Source: Nanobdellota archaeon | Lineage (GTDB): Archaea > Nanobdellota > Nanobdellia > Nanobdellales > Nanobdellaceae | Direction of reading: 5' to 3' | Length of the DNA: 32,000 nt | Assembly: GCA_042850255.1 (NCBI GenBank) | Contig: AP031373.1 | Location: forward strand, 660,001 to 692,000 | Notes under the pieces: model-generated | Told to the model about the DNA's origin: nothing | The model's database searches: none | What the model saw: only the letters and a program-made list of their open reading frames with translations | Part shown: positions 21,942-31,324 of the stretch, piece after piece | Layout of the letters: each line of letters starts with the position of its first letter | Position numbering within the stretch: the first letter of the stretch is position 1 | Position numbers and translations under genes: made by a program

Positions 21942-23513
21942 ATGCGAAAATACATATTTATAATAGGTGGCGTTATGTCTGGTTTGGGTAAAGGGATATT
22001 ATCTTCTTCTACAGGCTTATTATTATCATCAGCAGGATATAATGTTTCAATGCTAAAAATAGATCCGTATATTAATGTAGATGCAGGTACAATGAATCCT
22101 TATCAACATGGAGAAGTATTTGTAACAGAAGATGGAGGAGAAACAGATTTAGATTTGGGACATTATGAAAGATTTCTAAATAAAAATTTACATAAATGGA
22201 ATAATATTACTACTGGAAAAATATATTATAATGTAATTAAAAAGGAAAGAGAAGGGAAATATTTGGGACAAACTGTTCAAATTATACCACACATTACTGA
22301 CGAAATAAAAAATAGTATAAAAGAAGTTGGAGAAAAAGATAATGCAGATATATTAATAATTGAAATTGGGGGAACTGTTGGAGATATAGAATCTTTACCA
22401 TTTTTAGAAGCTGCCAGACAAATGTATTTGGAAGATAGAGAAAATGTTATGTTTATATTAATTGGTCTAGTCCCTTTGTCAAGTGATAATGAACAAAAGA
22501 CAAAACCATTACAACATTCTGTACAAGAATTAAGGAGAATTGGTATACAACCTGATATTATTGTTGGAAGATCAAAAGATATATTAACTCAAGAATCTAA
22601 GAAAAAATTATCATTATTTTCAAATGTTCCATTGGAAGGAATATTTTCAGATCCGGATTTAGATTCTCAATATAAATTACCAATAATATTAAATAATGAA
22701 GGATATTTTGATTATATTTCTAAAAGATTAAAATTAAATAATAAACCTGATTTAAGTAAATTAGAAGATTTTGTAAATAAAATGAATAATTATAAAGAAA
22801 TAAAGAAGGTTGCTATGATTGGAAAATATACAAAAATTACTGATAGTTATTTAAGTATAAAAGAATCATTAAAAATTGCAGGAGCATATTTAAATATAAA
22901 ACCTGAATTTGTTTGGATAGAAAGTACGGATATTGAAGATGGAAAGGTAAATATTGAAGATTTCGATTTTGATTTGGCAATTGTATTGCCAGGTTTTGGA
23001 GCAAGAGGTGTTGAAGGAAAAATAAAGGCATTAAAATATTTAAGAGAAAATAATATACCAACATTGGGAATTTGTTATGGATTACAATTAATGACTGTGG
23101 AAATTGCTAGAAATTTATTAGGTTTAAAAGATGCAAATACTACTGAAGTAAATCCTAATACAACAAATCCTGTTGTAGATTTAATGGAAGAACAGAAAAA
23201 AGTATTAGAATTGGGAGGAACAATGAGATTGGGAAATTACCCATTATATATAAAAGAAAATACATTAGCATATAAAATATATAATTTAAAGGAAACAAAA
23301 GAGAGACATAGACATAGATATGAAATAAATAATAAATATTTAGATAAATTTGAATCTGTAAATTATATTGTATCTGGATATAGTATTGGTAACCTGGTAG
23401 AAATAATGGAGTATAAAGATAATAAATTCTTTATAGGTACGCAATTTCATCCAGAATTTAATAGTAAAATATTTTCACCTCATCCAATATTTATTGAATT
23501 GTTGAAGCGATGA
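21942..23513 (+). CDS. pyrG: CTP synthase
   Basis: 523 aa. Matching segments are [57 protein letters not shown], and the glutamine amidotransferase half with [10 protein letters not shown] (Cys nucleophile), HRHRYE and GTQFHPEF. Confidence 0.95.
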   Translation: MRKYIFIIGGVMSGLGKGILSSSTGLLLSSAGYNVSMLKIDPYINVDAGTMNPYQHGEVFVTEDGGETDLDLGHYERFLNKNLHKWNNITTGKIYYNVIKKEREGKYLGQTVQIIPHITDEIKNSIKEVGEKDNADILIIEIGGTVGDIESLPFLEAARQMYLEDRENVMFILIGLVPLSSDNEQKTKPLQHSVQELRRIGIQPDIIVGRSKDILTQESKKKLSLFSNVPLEGIFSDPDLDSQYKLPIILNNEGYFDYISKRLKLNNKPDLSKLEDFVNKMNNYKEIKKVAMIGKYTKITDSYLSIKESLKIAGAYLNIKPEFVWIESTDIEDGKVNIEDFDFDLAIVLPGFGARGVEGKIKALKYLRENNIPTLGICYGLQLMTVEIARNLLGLKDANTTEVNPNTTNPVVDLMEEQKKVLELGGTMRLGNYPLYIKENTLAYKIYNLKETKERHRHRYEINNKYLDKFESVNYIVSGYSIGNLVEIMEYKDNKFFIGTQFHPEFNSKIFSPHPIFIELLKR

Positions 23514-24185
23514 TCCTAATTTCCCGAGTTTTTCTTTATTTCCTATAATTATCATAAAATATTTTTCTTCTGGAATAATTAAGGTATATATATTAATTTT
23601 AGCTGCTTTATCATCATAATTTAAAGATTCTAATTTTTCTCCTTTAGCTAATCCGTATATATCTAATACATACTTCTTTAATTCTTTGGATATATTAATT
23701 TTCTCTATACCATCTTTTACATAATCTTCTTTTATAATGAAAAATATATAATTGTTATAATTATTTAGTATATCTTCTATAATATCCTTGTTAGTATTAG
23801 ATATTATATAAACAGGTTCTATTGCTCCTACTCTATACTTTATTCCATCATCTTCATTATATCCATTGTTTGGAAAGAAATAATCATTTTTTCCTAATAT
23901 GATATATAATTTGCTATATAAATTATATTTTTTATTTATTTTATCCAATTCTTTCTTTATATATTCTATATCATAATTATGATTTAAAAAATGATATTCC
24001 TTTAAACCAAATTTATCTGTAAAGATTTCAAATATAGTTTCGGTATAAGGTGATTTTCTAATATCTATTACTTCTAATATATTTATTTTAGTATTATCCT
24101 CAATATTTATAGAAGCATTATTTTTATTTATTTGATTTTTATTTTTGTTTTCTTTCAATATTCTATCTAAAAGCTTTTTTATCAT
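23475..24185 (-). CDS. Hypothetical protein (236 aa)
   Basis: Clean ORF with no motif recognised. Its 3' end overlaps the pyrG 3' end by 39 nt (convergent). Confidence 0.4.
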   Translation of the reverse strand: MIKKLLDRILKENKNKNQINKNNASINIEDNTKINILEVIDIRKSPYTETIFEIFTDKFGLKEYHFLNHNYDIEYIKKELDKINKKYNLYSKLYIILGKNDYFFPNNGYNEDDGIKYRVGAIEPVYIISNTNKDIIEDILNNYNNYIFFIIKEDYVKDGIEKINISKELKKYVLDIYGLAKGEKLESLNYDDKAAKINIYTLIIPEEKYFMIIIGNKEKLGKLGSSLQQFNKYWMR

Positions 24186-24257
24186 CTATCTAAGTTTTAA
24201 GATAAAATTTAAGAACATTAATGCATTAGTTGTCATTAATAAAAAATAAATTATAAT

Positions 24258-24332
24258 AGCCGCGGAGGGGATTCGAACCCCTGATAAAGAGGGTCTGCAG
24301 CCCTCCCCCTTGGGCCACTCGGGCACCGCGGC
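24258..24332 (-). tRNA. tRNA-Cys(GCA): tRNA-Cys (anticodon GCA), no intron, CCA not encoded
   Basis: The minus strand reads GCCGCGG UG CCCG AGUGGCCCAA GGGG G-AGGG.. and folds as a cloverleaf. The 7-bp acceptor stem is GCCGCGG/CCGCGGC. The anticodon stem is GAGGG/CCCUC with loop CUGCAGA (GCA at 24298-24296). The T arm is AGGGG-UUCGAAU-CCCCU. The discriminator is U (24258), as expected for tRNA-Cys. G+C is about 70% by hand count. Confidence 0.9.
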
Positions 24333-24410
24333 ATAAAATTATATTTTTATTAAAAATATTAAAGTTATTTATTATAAATCATCTCTTTCCAATATTTTGA
24401 TCATTTATAA

Positions 24411-24731
24411 TCAGTAATTCTTTTTTAAATATCTATAAACTATTTTTCCTAAATTAGTTAATTGATAATATGTGTGATGCATTCTAACTTGAAATTGTTT
24501 CTTTAATCTTGCTTTAGTTCTTTTTACAGTTTTACTATGAACTTCTTCAACAATTCCCAATTCTTCCAATTCCTTCAATATATTTTTAACTTTTTCTATA
24601 TTAATTTTTGTATATTTTGATATATTTTTAGCATAATCTAAATTTGCAATTTTTAAATGTTCCAATATTTTTAAATAATCGTCATCAGATTTAAGTAATT
24701 TTGCTAATAACATTACTTCCTCATCATCCAT
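24411..24731 (-). CDS. Small winged-helix DNA-binding protein
   Basis: 106 aa. YAKNISKYTKINIEKVKNILKELEELGIVEEV... followed by HHTYYQLTNLGKIVY fits an HTH plus a wing ending in the Y.LT..G pattern. Confidence 0.55.
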   Translation of the reverse strand: MDDEEVMLLAKLLKSDDDYLKILEHLKIANLDYAKNISKYTKINIEKVKNILKELEELGIVEEVHSKTVKRTKARLKKQFQVRMHHTYYQLTNLGKIVYRYLKKNY

Positions 24732-24742
24732 AAATAAAAGAC

Positions 24743-25054
24743 CTATATTAAATATTTAAAGACTATATAAAATAACGTTATTAATAATATTATATTTAAT
24801 AAAATATAAATAGACAAAAAGACTTTCTTATAATTATTAATGATCTTGTTGTTGGAGTTTTTTACTATTATTGTAGAAAATATAGTATTTAAAAGCATTA
24901 ATAAGAGTATAATAATTAAATAATCAATGTAAAAATTATTTAAATTGTTATTATTTGAATTTAGAGAAGCTATTATTAATGATTCAAAAATTACAATAAA
25001 TGATATATACCAGGGAATAAAGTTATTTTTATTGTATATTAATTTTTTGTTCAT
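24743..25054 (-). CDS. Small membrane protein (about 3 TM segments)
   Basis: 103 aa with three long hydrophobic runs. It is short and low in complexity, so the call is uncertain. Confidence 0.35.
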   Translation of the reverse strand: MNKKLIYNKNNFIPWYISFIVIFESLIIASLNSNNNNLNNFYIDYLIIILLLMLLNTIFSTIIVKNSNNKIINNYKKVFLSIYILLNIILLITLFYIVFKYLI

Positions 25055-25103
25055 ATATAAAAATATAAATAAGAATTTTAAATTTTTATTAGAAAAAACA
25101 ATA

Positions 25104-25715
25104 ATGAATGTAAAAGAAGATCCATCAAAAAAACATTTTTATACATATTGCATATCTGAAAAGGATTATATAAGAAAATCAAAAGCAACAGATTTATTTT
25201 TATTTTATGAATTTATAGAAAAGACATTAAACGAATTTCCAAATATAAAGGATGAAAATTTAGATATAATTAGATTATTCTTAGAAAATATATATTTATT
25301 AATATCAAAACCTGAGGAAAATGAAAAATATCTAAAGTATGCAGTTTATTTAGAAGAAAAGGCTGAAGAATTGGAAAAAGAAGGAAAAAATAAAATAAAT
25401 TATTTCATAGATTTTTCATCTATAGAGGATAAGGAAATAAAGGAATTAAATAATTTAAGGATAAATATTAGAATATTAGAAATATTATTTTGGAATATTG
25501 TAAAGAATAATCAAATTCCTGATAATGGATTGTATTTAACTATACCACATTTTCTAAATGTAGCATCAAAATATATATTTTATTATATTGTAAATAAATA
25601 TTTTGATAAATTAAAACCATTGGAAAGGTTAAATATTGAAATAAATTATAATGAAGAGAAATATAAGAAATATTTAGAAAATTATAAAAATAAATCTTTG
25701 AAAGAATATATATGA
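25104..25715 (+). CDS. Hypothetical protein (about 203 aa) translationally coupled to the MiaB/MtaB-like gene
   Basis: The track ORF starts at 24945, but its first 53 codons are antisense to the 24743-25054 gene. The Met at 25104 (MNVKEDPSKKH...) is the plausible start. Its stop overlaps the next gene's ATG (ATGA at 25712). Confidence 0.45.
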   Translation: MNVKEDPSKKHFYTYCISEKDYIRKSKATDLFLFYEFIEKTLNEFPNIKDENLDIIRLFLENIYLLISKPEENEKYLKYAVYLEEKAEELEKEGKNKINYFIDFSSIEDKEIKELNNLRINIRILEILFWNIVKNNQIPDNGLYLTIPHFLNVASKYIFYYIVNKYFDKLKPLERLNIEINYNEEKYKKYLENYKNKSLKEYI

Positions 25716-27013
25716 AATTTAGTATAATAACATTAGGTTGTACATTAAATAAAGCAGAAGGGGAAATAATGAAAAATATATTAATTAATAAAGGATATGA
25801 ATATATAGAAAATCCAGAAGAATCTGAAATATTAATTATAAATACATGTACTGTTAAAGGACCAACAGAAAATCATGCTTTAAAATTATTAAAACAATAT
25901 TCAAATAAAAAATTAATTTTAGCAGGTTGTTTAGTTCAACATAAACCAGAATTATTTGAAGGTTATCCTTTGGTAGGTTTGGATCATATAGATGAAGTAG
26001 ATAAAGTTTTAGAAGATTATTTAAATGGAAAAATGGATAAATTATTAGATAGAAAAAATATAAACAAATTATTGTTACCTTCTGTAGACCAATATCCAAT
26101 AAAAATCATTATTGCACAAGAAGGTTGTTTATGGAATTGTTTGTATTGTGCAACAAAAATTGCAAGGGGTAATGCAAAATCATATCCTCCAGAATATATT
26201 TATAAAGAAATAAGAGATGCAAAAGAAAAAGGATTAAAAATAATTTATTTAACAGGAACAGATTTGGCAACATATGGTTATGATTTAAAAATGGATCTAG
26301 CAGATTTATTATTAAATATAGATATTGAAGGAGAATATTATATTAGAGTTGGTATGTCAAATCCTGGAATATTAAATAAGTATTTTGATAAATTATTAAA
26401 AGCATATGAAAATGAACACATATTTAAATTTTTCCATTTACCGGTTCAATCAGGATCTAATAATGTATTAAGAACAATGGGTAGAGGTTATACTATTGAA
26501 CAATTTTATGAATTAATTGAAAAAATAAGGAAAAAGTTTTATGAAGCATCAATTGCTACAGATATAATTGTAGGATATCCTACAGAAACTGAAGAAGATT
26601 TTAAGAAAACATTAGAATTAGTAGAAAATGTAAAATTTGATGTAATAAATATGTCAAAATATTGGCCTAGAGCAAAAACATTAGCAACAAAATTATATAA
26701 AACATTACCTGGTAATATTGTAAAAGAAAGATCTAGAAAATTAAAAGAAATATTTAATAAAAATGCATATGAAAGGAATAAAATATGGTTAGGATGGGAA
26801 GGTTATGCAATAGTTGAATCAAAGGGCAAATATGAAAATACATGGATTGCAAGAAATTATGCATATAAACAAATAATTGTAAAATCTGATAAAAATATTT
26901 TAGGAAAAACAATAAAAGTAAAAATTGAAAATATAACTCCAATAGATTTAAGGGGAAAATTATTAGAAATAAAAGATGAGAATTTATTAGAGAGAACTTT
27001 ATATAATGGTTAA
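25712..27013 (+). CDS. Radical-SAM methylthiotransferase of the MiaB/MtaB (CDKAL1-like, archaeal) family
   Basis: 433 aa. The N-terminal UPF0004 cysteines are in LGCTLN, INTCTVK and LAGCLVQ. The radical-SAM CxxxCxxC motif is EGCLWNCLYCATK. There is a C-terminal TRAM-like beta domain (GYAIVESKG...IKVKIENITPIDLRGKLL). Confidence 0.85.
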   Translation: MKFSIITLGCTLNKAEGEIMKNILINKGYEYIENPEESEILIINTCTVKGPTENHALKLLKQYSNKKLILAGCLVQHKPELFEGYPLVGLDHIDEVDKVLEDYLNGKMDKLLDRKNINKLLLPSVDQYPIKIIIAQEGCLWNCLYCATKIARGNAKSYPPEYIYKEIRDAKEKGLKIIYLTGTDLATYGYDLKMDLADLLLNIDIEGEYYIRVGMSNPGILNKYFDKLLKAYENEHIFKFFHLPVQSGSNNVLRTMGRGYTIEQFYELIEKIRKKFYEASIATDIIVGYPTETEEDFKKTLELVENVKFDVINMSKYWPRAKTLATKLYKTLPGNIVKERSRKLKEIFNKNAYERNKIWLGWEGYAIVESKGKYENTWIARNYAYKQIIVKSDKNILGKTIKVKIENITPIDLRGKLLEIKDENLLERTLYNG

Positions 27014-27524
27014 AGTTGTATTTTATGGTAATATTGCTTCAGGAAAAACAACATTATGTTATGAATTAGAAAAATATAATTTTAAATGTAATGAAGTTGA
27101 ATTAGATGATTTAAATATATTAAGAAAAGTAAAAGATCCTTTAAAAAGAGAAATAATATTCTATAATGAATTTGATAGAAAAGAAAAATCTTTTCCTCCC
27201 TATATAAATTCTAATACAAAAATAACTGTATTATCTTTTTTAGAATTGTTTAGATATTATGATAAAGTAAAAGAATTTATGAATAAAATAAATTTTAAAG
27301 AATATTTTGTTATATATTTAAAAGGAGATCCTGAAACTTCTTATAATTGGTATTTAAAAAGAAAAAGAGAAGATTCTGGATTCTGGGATAAGGAAAAATT
27401 TTATGAATTAGATAAAATATTATATAAACAATTTAACTCTTTTAAATATAAATTATATGATTATATTGTTATTGAAGATATAAGTTTAGAGAGTAGGGTT
27501 AATAAAGTTATAAAAAATTTATAA
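27006..27524 (+). CDS. P-loop kinase, deoxynucleoside/nucleotide kinase-like
   Basis: 172 aa. VVFYGNIASGKTTL is a Walker A motif of the dNK/NMP-kinase type (compare GNIGSGKST). It overlaps the preceding gene by 8 nt. Confidence 0.5.
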   Translation: MVKVVFYGNIASGKTTLCYELEKYNFKCNEVELDDLNILRKVKDPLKREIIFYNEFDRKEKSFPPYINSNTKITVLSFLELFRYYDKVKEFMNKINFKEYFVIYLKGDPETSYNWYLKRKREDSGFWDKEKFYELDKILYKQFNSFKYKLYDYIVIEDISLESRVNKVIKNL

Positions 27525-27546
27525 GTATTATTGATAACAATTACTA

Positions 27547-28719
27547 ATGGATAGTGATAAAAAAAACATCGATATATTACCTTATAATCCATTGATAAAT
27601 ATAGATTCAACAAATAGTAAACAAGAAATTACTTTTACGTATACTATTGGTAAAGAAATATTTATTGTTAGTGGAAAAATTGATCCAGAAAAAATAAATT
27701 ATTTAGAAATTAGAGCAGAAATTAAAGATGAAACTGAAGATCAAAATAAAATTATAAGAATACCTGTCACTGTTGTTACTCAAGATTTTTTATATGATCA
27801 TATTAAAAAGTCTAAAGAATTTGAAGAAAAATTTAAAAAAGATATTTTAAATAAAGTAAATGAATCTAGTAAGGAAAAAGTATATAAAAATGGACAAAAT
27901 ATTGTAAAATCTTTATCAAAATCTGTAAAAACCTATGTAGAAACTGGAAAAATAAGTAAATTTTATCAATCACTTGATGAAACAATCATGGATTTGAAAG
28001 AAAGATCAAAACCTGTGAATATAAAATATCTCATATTATATTCTCCTTATGTTCTTACTATGGAGAATATAGATGAAGATATTTTTATAGAAAATTTACT
28101 GAAAGGCTCAAATATAAATATTAATGGATCTGGTCTTCTTCCACAATATGCAGATATAATAGTTGTTGATAGTTATGGTAATACTAAAATATATGGACCG
28201 ACAACAACAAGCGATATAGGAACACCAGTTATTGAACTAAATACAAAAGATTTAATAGTAGAAGATCCAAAAGAGTTTATAAATAAAATAAGAAAGAAAA
28301 TATACAGATTAGATTCAGATAATTTACCTAGAATAGTATATAATTCTATCAATAGAGTCTTATTTAATAGTGCTAAAAAAATAATTGCAAGAGATTTGGA
28401 TGCAGAAAAAACAAACTATGAATTCTGGAAATATCAAAATAGTGAAGAAATTAGTGAAGGAATAGATAAAGATTATTTTGAAGGAGAATATATTCACAAT
28501 ATGAAAGAAATATTGGATATAATAGAAAGGGGTAGAAAACTATATAATGATAGAGTATCTAATGAATTAATTGAGTATTCTATTAAAGCATTAAAAAAAT
28601 TAGAAGGAAGTAATTATTCAATAATAGAACAAACTAATTTATTACAATCTATGCATAGAGTATTATACAATAGTTTCAGAACATTAGATTATACAAAAAT
28701 ATTAACTGGGAAATATTAA
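27547..28719 (+). CDS. Hypothetical protein (390 aa)
   Basis: Long clean ORF with no recognisable motif. Confidence 0.45.
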   Translation: MDSDKKNIDILPYNPLINIDSTNSKQEITFTYTIGKEIFIVSGKIDPEKINYLEIRAEIKDETEDQNKIIRIPVTVVTQDFLYDHIKKSKEFEEKFKKDILNKVNESSKEKVYKNGQNIVKSLSKSVKTYVETGKISKFYQSLDETIMDLKERSKPVNIKYLILYSPYVLTMENIDEDIFIENLLKGSNININGSGLLPQYADIIVVDSYGNTKIYGPTTTSDIGTPVIELNTKDLIVEDPKEFINKIRKKIYRLDSDNLPRIVYNSINRVLFNSAKKIIARDLDAEKTNYEFWKYQNSEEISEGIDKDYFEGEYIHNMKEILDIIERGRKLYNDRVSNELIEYSIKALKKLEGSNYSIIEQTNLLQSMHRVLYNSFRTLDYTKILTGKY

Positions 28720-28722
28720 AAA

Positions 28723-30363
28723 TTATAGCTCTTTAATTTTTTGTACAATTTCTAATGGTGTAAATGGTTCTCCGCTATGTTTCAATATTTTATTTTCTAC
28801 TTCAATTCCTAATTCTTCTCTAATTAATCTTCCTAATTGACTTGTTAAATTATGTTCAATTATTACACTATCCTTTGCTTCTTCAATTAAATATTTTATT
28901 TCTTTTGGGAATGGGGATAAATATGATATTTGTAAGAATCTCCAACCTTTTAAATACTTTAATGCTTCTAATATTGGCATTTTATTTGATCCCCAAGATA
29001 TTATCAATTTATTACCATCTCCATAAATTTTATAAGGTTCAAAATCTTTTACTTCTTTTTCTATTTCTCTCGTTTTTCTTAATCTTTTTTCACTCATTTT
29101 TTGTCCCATTTGATGATCTTCAGTTTCTATTCCATATTCATCATGTTCATAAGATACAGATTTTACAATTGCATTAAAACCTGGTATTGCCCTTAATTGA
29201 TAACCATTTTCCGTAATTTTATAATGTTTATAATCTACTGGAGGATCTAAATCTATATATCTAGATATTTCTATATTTGGTACATATATTTTATCCAATG
29301 TTGCCTTTGATTCTCCTAAAAATAAATCTGATAATATTATTCCTACTGTATTATATTTATATGCTAAATGAAATATTTCTATAGTTCTTTCAAAAGCTTC
29401 TGCAGGATCTCCTGGTGCAACTACAATTCTAGGAAATTCTCCATGTCCAACATTTAGTGCTTCTAATAAATCTGATTGATCAGTATGTGTCGCCATACCT
29501 GTTGAAGGTCCATATCTTTGAGCCCATAAAATTACTATTGGAGTTTCCGACATACCGGCTAAACTAATTGCTTCAGACATTAAATCAATACCACCTCCAG
29601 AAGATCCTACCATTACTTTTGCTCCAGCATAAGATGCACCCAGTGCAATATTTATTGCTCCAATTTCATTATCGGGTTGATATGTTATTAAATTGTATTT
29701 ATCTTTTAATGATGCTAATATATGTAATACTGGAGAAGCTGGAGTCATTGGATATGCGACATAAATATCTAATCCTGCTGCAATTGCACCTAGAGCAATT
29801 CCTTCAGATCCTGACAAATAGAATTTTTTCTTATAATCTTCCTTCTCAACTTTTTTATCCTCCAAATTAAAATCTTGGTATATATAATCAATAATCTTTA
29901 ATTCTTCAGGATCTTTTATCTTTTTCTCCATTACATCTTTTACTATATCTTTATCTATACCCAAATATTTGAAAAATGCAACCAATACAATTGTATTTTC
30001 ATATTTTCTATTAATATTATATTTTTTAATATAATAAGATGTATCTACATCTACTTTTTTATTTGATACTATATTTTTTGCTCCAAATATTATTCCATCT
30101 TCTTTTAACTTATTTTTATGTAAATTAACAGTATTCTGGTCAAATGCTATAATATAATCAAAATCTGAATCATAATATGAATATAAATTATCCTTTGATA
30201 TTGTTACAATATTATAACCATGTCCTCCCCTTATTAAACTCATATACCATCTATAATTAAATGCATTATATCCTAATTTTATGAATACTCTTGATATAAT
30301 ATCTGCGCTAAATTCTATTCCTTGTCCAGCTTGTCCTCCTACTAAAATATTTAGGTCAACCAT
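28723..30363 (-). CDS. 2-oxoacid:ferredoxin oxidoreductase alpha subunit (fused gamma-alpha type)
   Basis: 546 aa. The N-terminal gamma-like domain is ILVGGQAGQGIEFSADIISRVF...IRGGHGYNIV. The alpha domain is LSGSEGIALGAIAAGLDIYVAYPMTPASPVLHILA...GAINIALGASYAGAKVMVGSSGGGIDLMSEAISLAGMSETPIVI. This matches the two-subunit OFOR architecture. Confidence 0.85.
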   Translation of the reverse strand: MVDLNILVGGQAGQGIEFSADIISRVFIKLGYNAFNYRWYMSLIRGGHGYNIVTISKDNLYSYYDSDFDYIIAFDQNTVNLHKNKLKEDGIIFGAKNIVSNKKVDVDTSYYIKKYNINRKYENTIVLVAFFKYLGIDKDIVKDVMEKKIKDPEELKIIDYIYQDFNLEDKKVEKEDYKKKFYLSGSEGIALGAIAAGLDIYVAYPMTPASPVLHILASLKDKYNLITYQPDNEIGAINIALGASYAGAKVMVGSSGGGIDLMSEAISLAGMSETPIVILWAQRYGPSTGMATHTDQSDLLEALNVGHGEFPRIVVAPGDPAEAFERTIEIFHLAYKYNTVGIILSDLFLGESKATLDKIYVPNIEISRYIDLDPPVDYKHYKITENGYQLRAIPGFNAIVKSVSYEHDEYGIETEDHQMGQKMSEKRLRKTREIEKEVKDFEPYKIYGDGNKLIISWGSNKMPILEALKYLKGWRFLQISYLSPFPKEIKYLIEEAKDSVIIEHNLTSQLGRLIREELGIEVENKILKHSGEPFTPLEIVQKIKEL

Positions 30364-30553
30364 AAAAGGTATAACTTCATTATTATTTAAATTCCTTTTA
30401 TTTATCTTCTTAGTAATAACATAACTATTATTTGGTAATCTAAGAAATAAATATAGATTTCATTAAAAAACTTTATTTAATTTTTACTTCATTTTTGTTA
30501 AATCCATTAATTATCGAAAAAATTTAAATATCAGATATTATTATTTTATTTAT

Positions 30554-31324
30554 ATGTATAAAAGATTATTATCATCTCCAGAAGTTTTGCTAGAAGAATT
30601 TGGTGTAGAAAAGTTAACGGAAAGGGTTATTATTTCCCCTATAGAATGGGTTGAAGCATTACCTGATAATTGGATTGAAAGATTGAAAAATGAAGGATAT
30701 AAAATTGAAGAAATATTAAAAGGAGATAGAATAATGAGAAGAATAGATAAAAATTATAAAATAAATAATACATTATTTTTAATAACTGGTAGAGGATTAA
30801 CAGAATCTTTAGATAGATTTTATATATTATGTAATAATCCAGATGTAAAAGAAATAATCTTTTTAGGAATTGCTGCAAGTTTTCATGAAGATTTAACAGT
30901 TGGAGATATAAATATACCTGAATATGTATTACCATGGGAATTTATCAGTACAGAATATGTAGACAATAATGAAGCATTACCAATTGCAGATAAAGAATTA
31001 TTAGATAGGGTTACTAATATTGCAAATGAAGTAACTAGTAAAGATATAAAAATAAGAAACTATAATCATGTAACAGTTGGATTGTTTTATTCTGAAACTG
31101 ATGAATTAATTGAATATTTTAGAAAATTTAATTTAGCAACAATTGATATGGAACTATCTGCATTATATAGATTAGCATATTATTATAAGAAAAAAACTGT
31201 AGGAATTTTAAGAATTTCAGAGGATTTATTAAAAAAGCAAAAAGTGTGGGAAACTAGAAAACATGAAAGAAAAGATCTAGGAAGGGAAATAATATATAAT
31301 ATAGTAAAAAAATTAATAATATGA
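30554..31324 (+). CDS. Nucleoside phosphorylase superfamily (PNP/UDP/MTAN-like) protein
   Basis: 256 aa. Segments IIFLGIAASFHEDLTVGDINIP... and ...ATIDMELSALYRLAYYYKKKTVGILRISEDL match the G-x-A-G...GD and D-M-E-s-a-a motifs of the PNP_UDP_1 fold. Confidence 0.6.
   Translation: MYKRLLSSPEVLLEEFGVEKLTERVIISPIEWVEALPDNWIERLKNEGYKIEEILKGDRIMRRIDKNYKINNTLFLITGRGLTESLDRFYILCNNPDVKEIIFLGIAASFHEDLTVGDINIPEYVLPWEFISTEYVDNNEALPIADKELLDRVTNIANEVTSKDIKIRNYNHVTVGLFYSETDELIEYFRKFNLATIDMELSALYRLAYYYKKKTVGILRISEDLLKKQKVWETRKHERKDLGREIIYNIVKKLII

Noticed and set aside
22837-23064. 75-aa minus-strand ORF inside pyrG
   Set aside because: It is antisense to an unambiguous CTP synthase gene.
23475-23513. 39-nt convergent overlap between pyrG and the 236-aa ORF as a regulatory feature
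   Set aside because: It is most simply explained by compact gene packing or a slightly mis-called end. No structure or repeat is visible in the overlap.
24945-25103. First 53 codons of the tracked ORF 24945-25715
   Set aside because: This part is antisense to the 24743-25054 ORF and reads as a hydrophobic mirror sequence. The plausible start is the ATG at 25104.
25854-26942. Minus-strand ORFs 25854-26099 and 26754-26942 inside the MiaB/MtaB-like gene
   Set aside because: They are antisense shadow ORFs.
28842-29870. Plus-strand ORFs 28842-29177 and 29568-29870 inside the OFOR alpha gene
   Set aside because: They are antisense shadow ORFs with L/H/Q-rich low-complexity translations.
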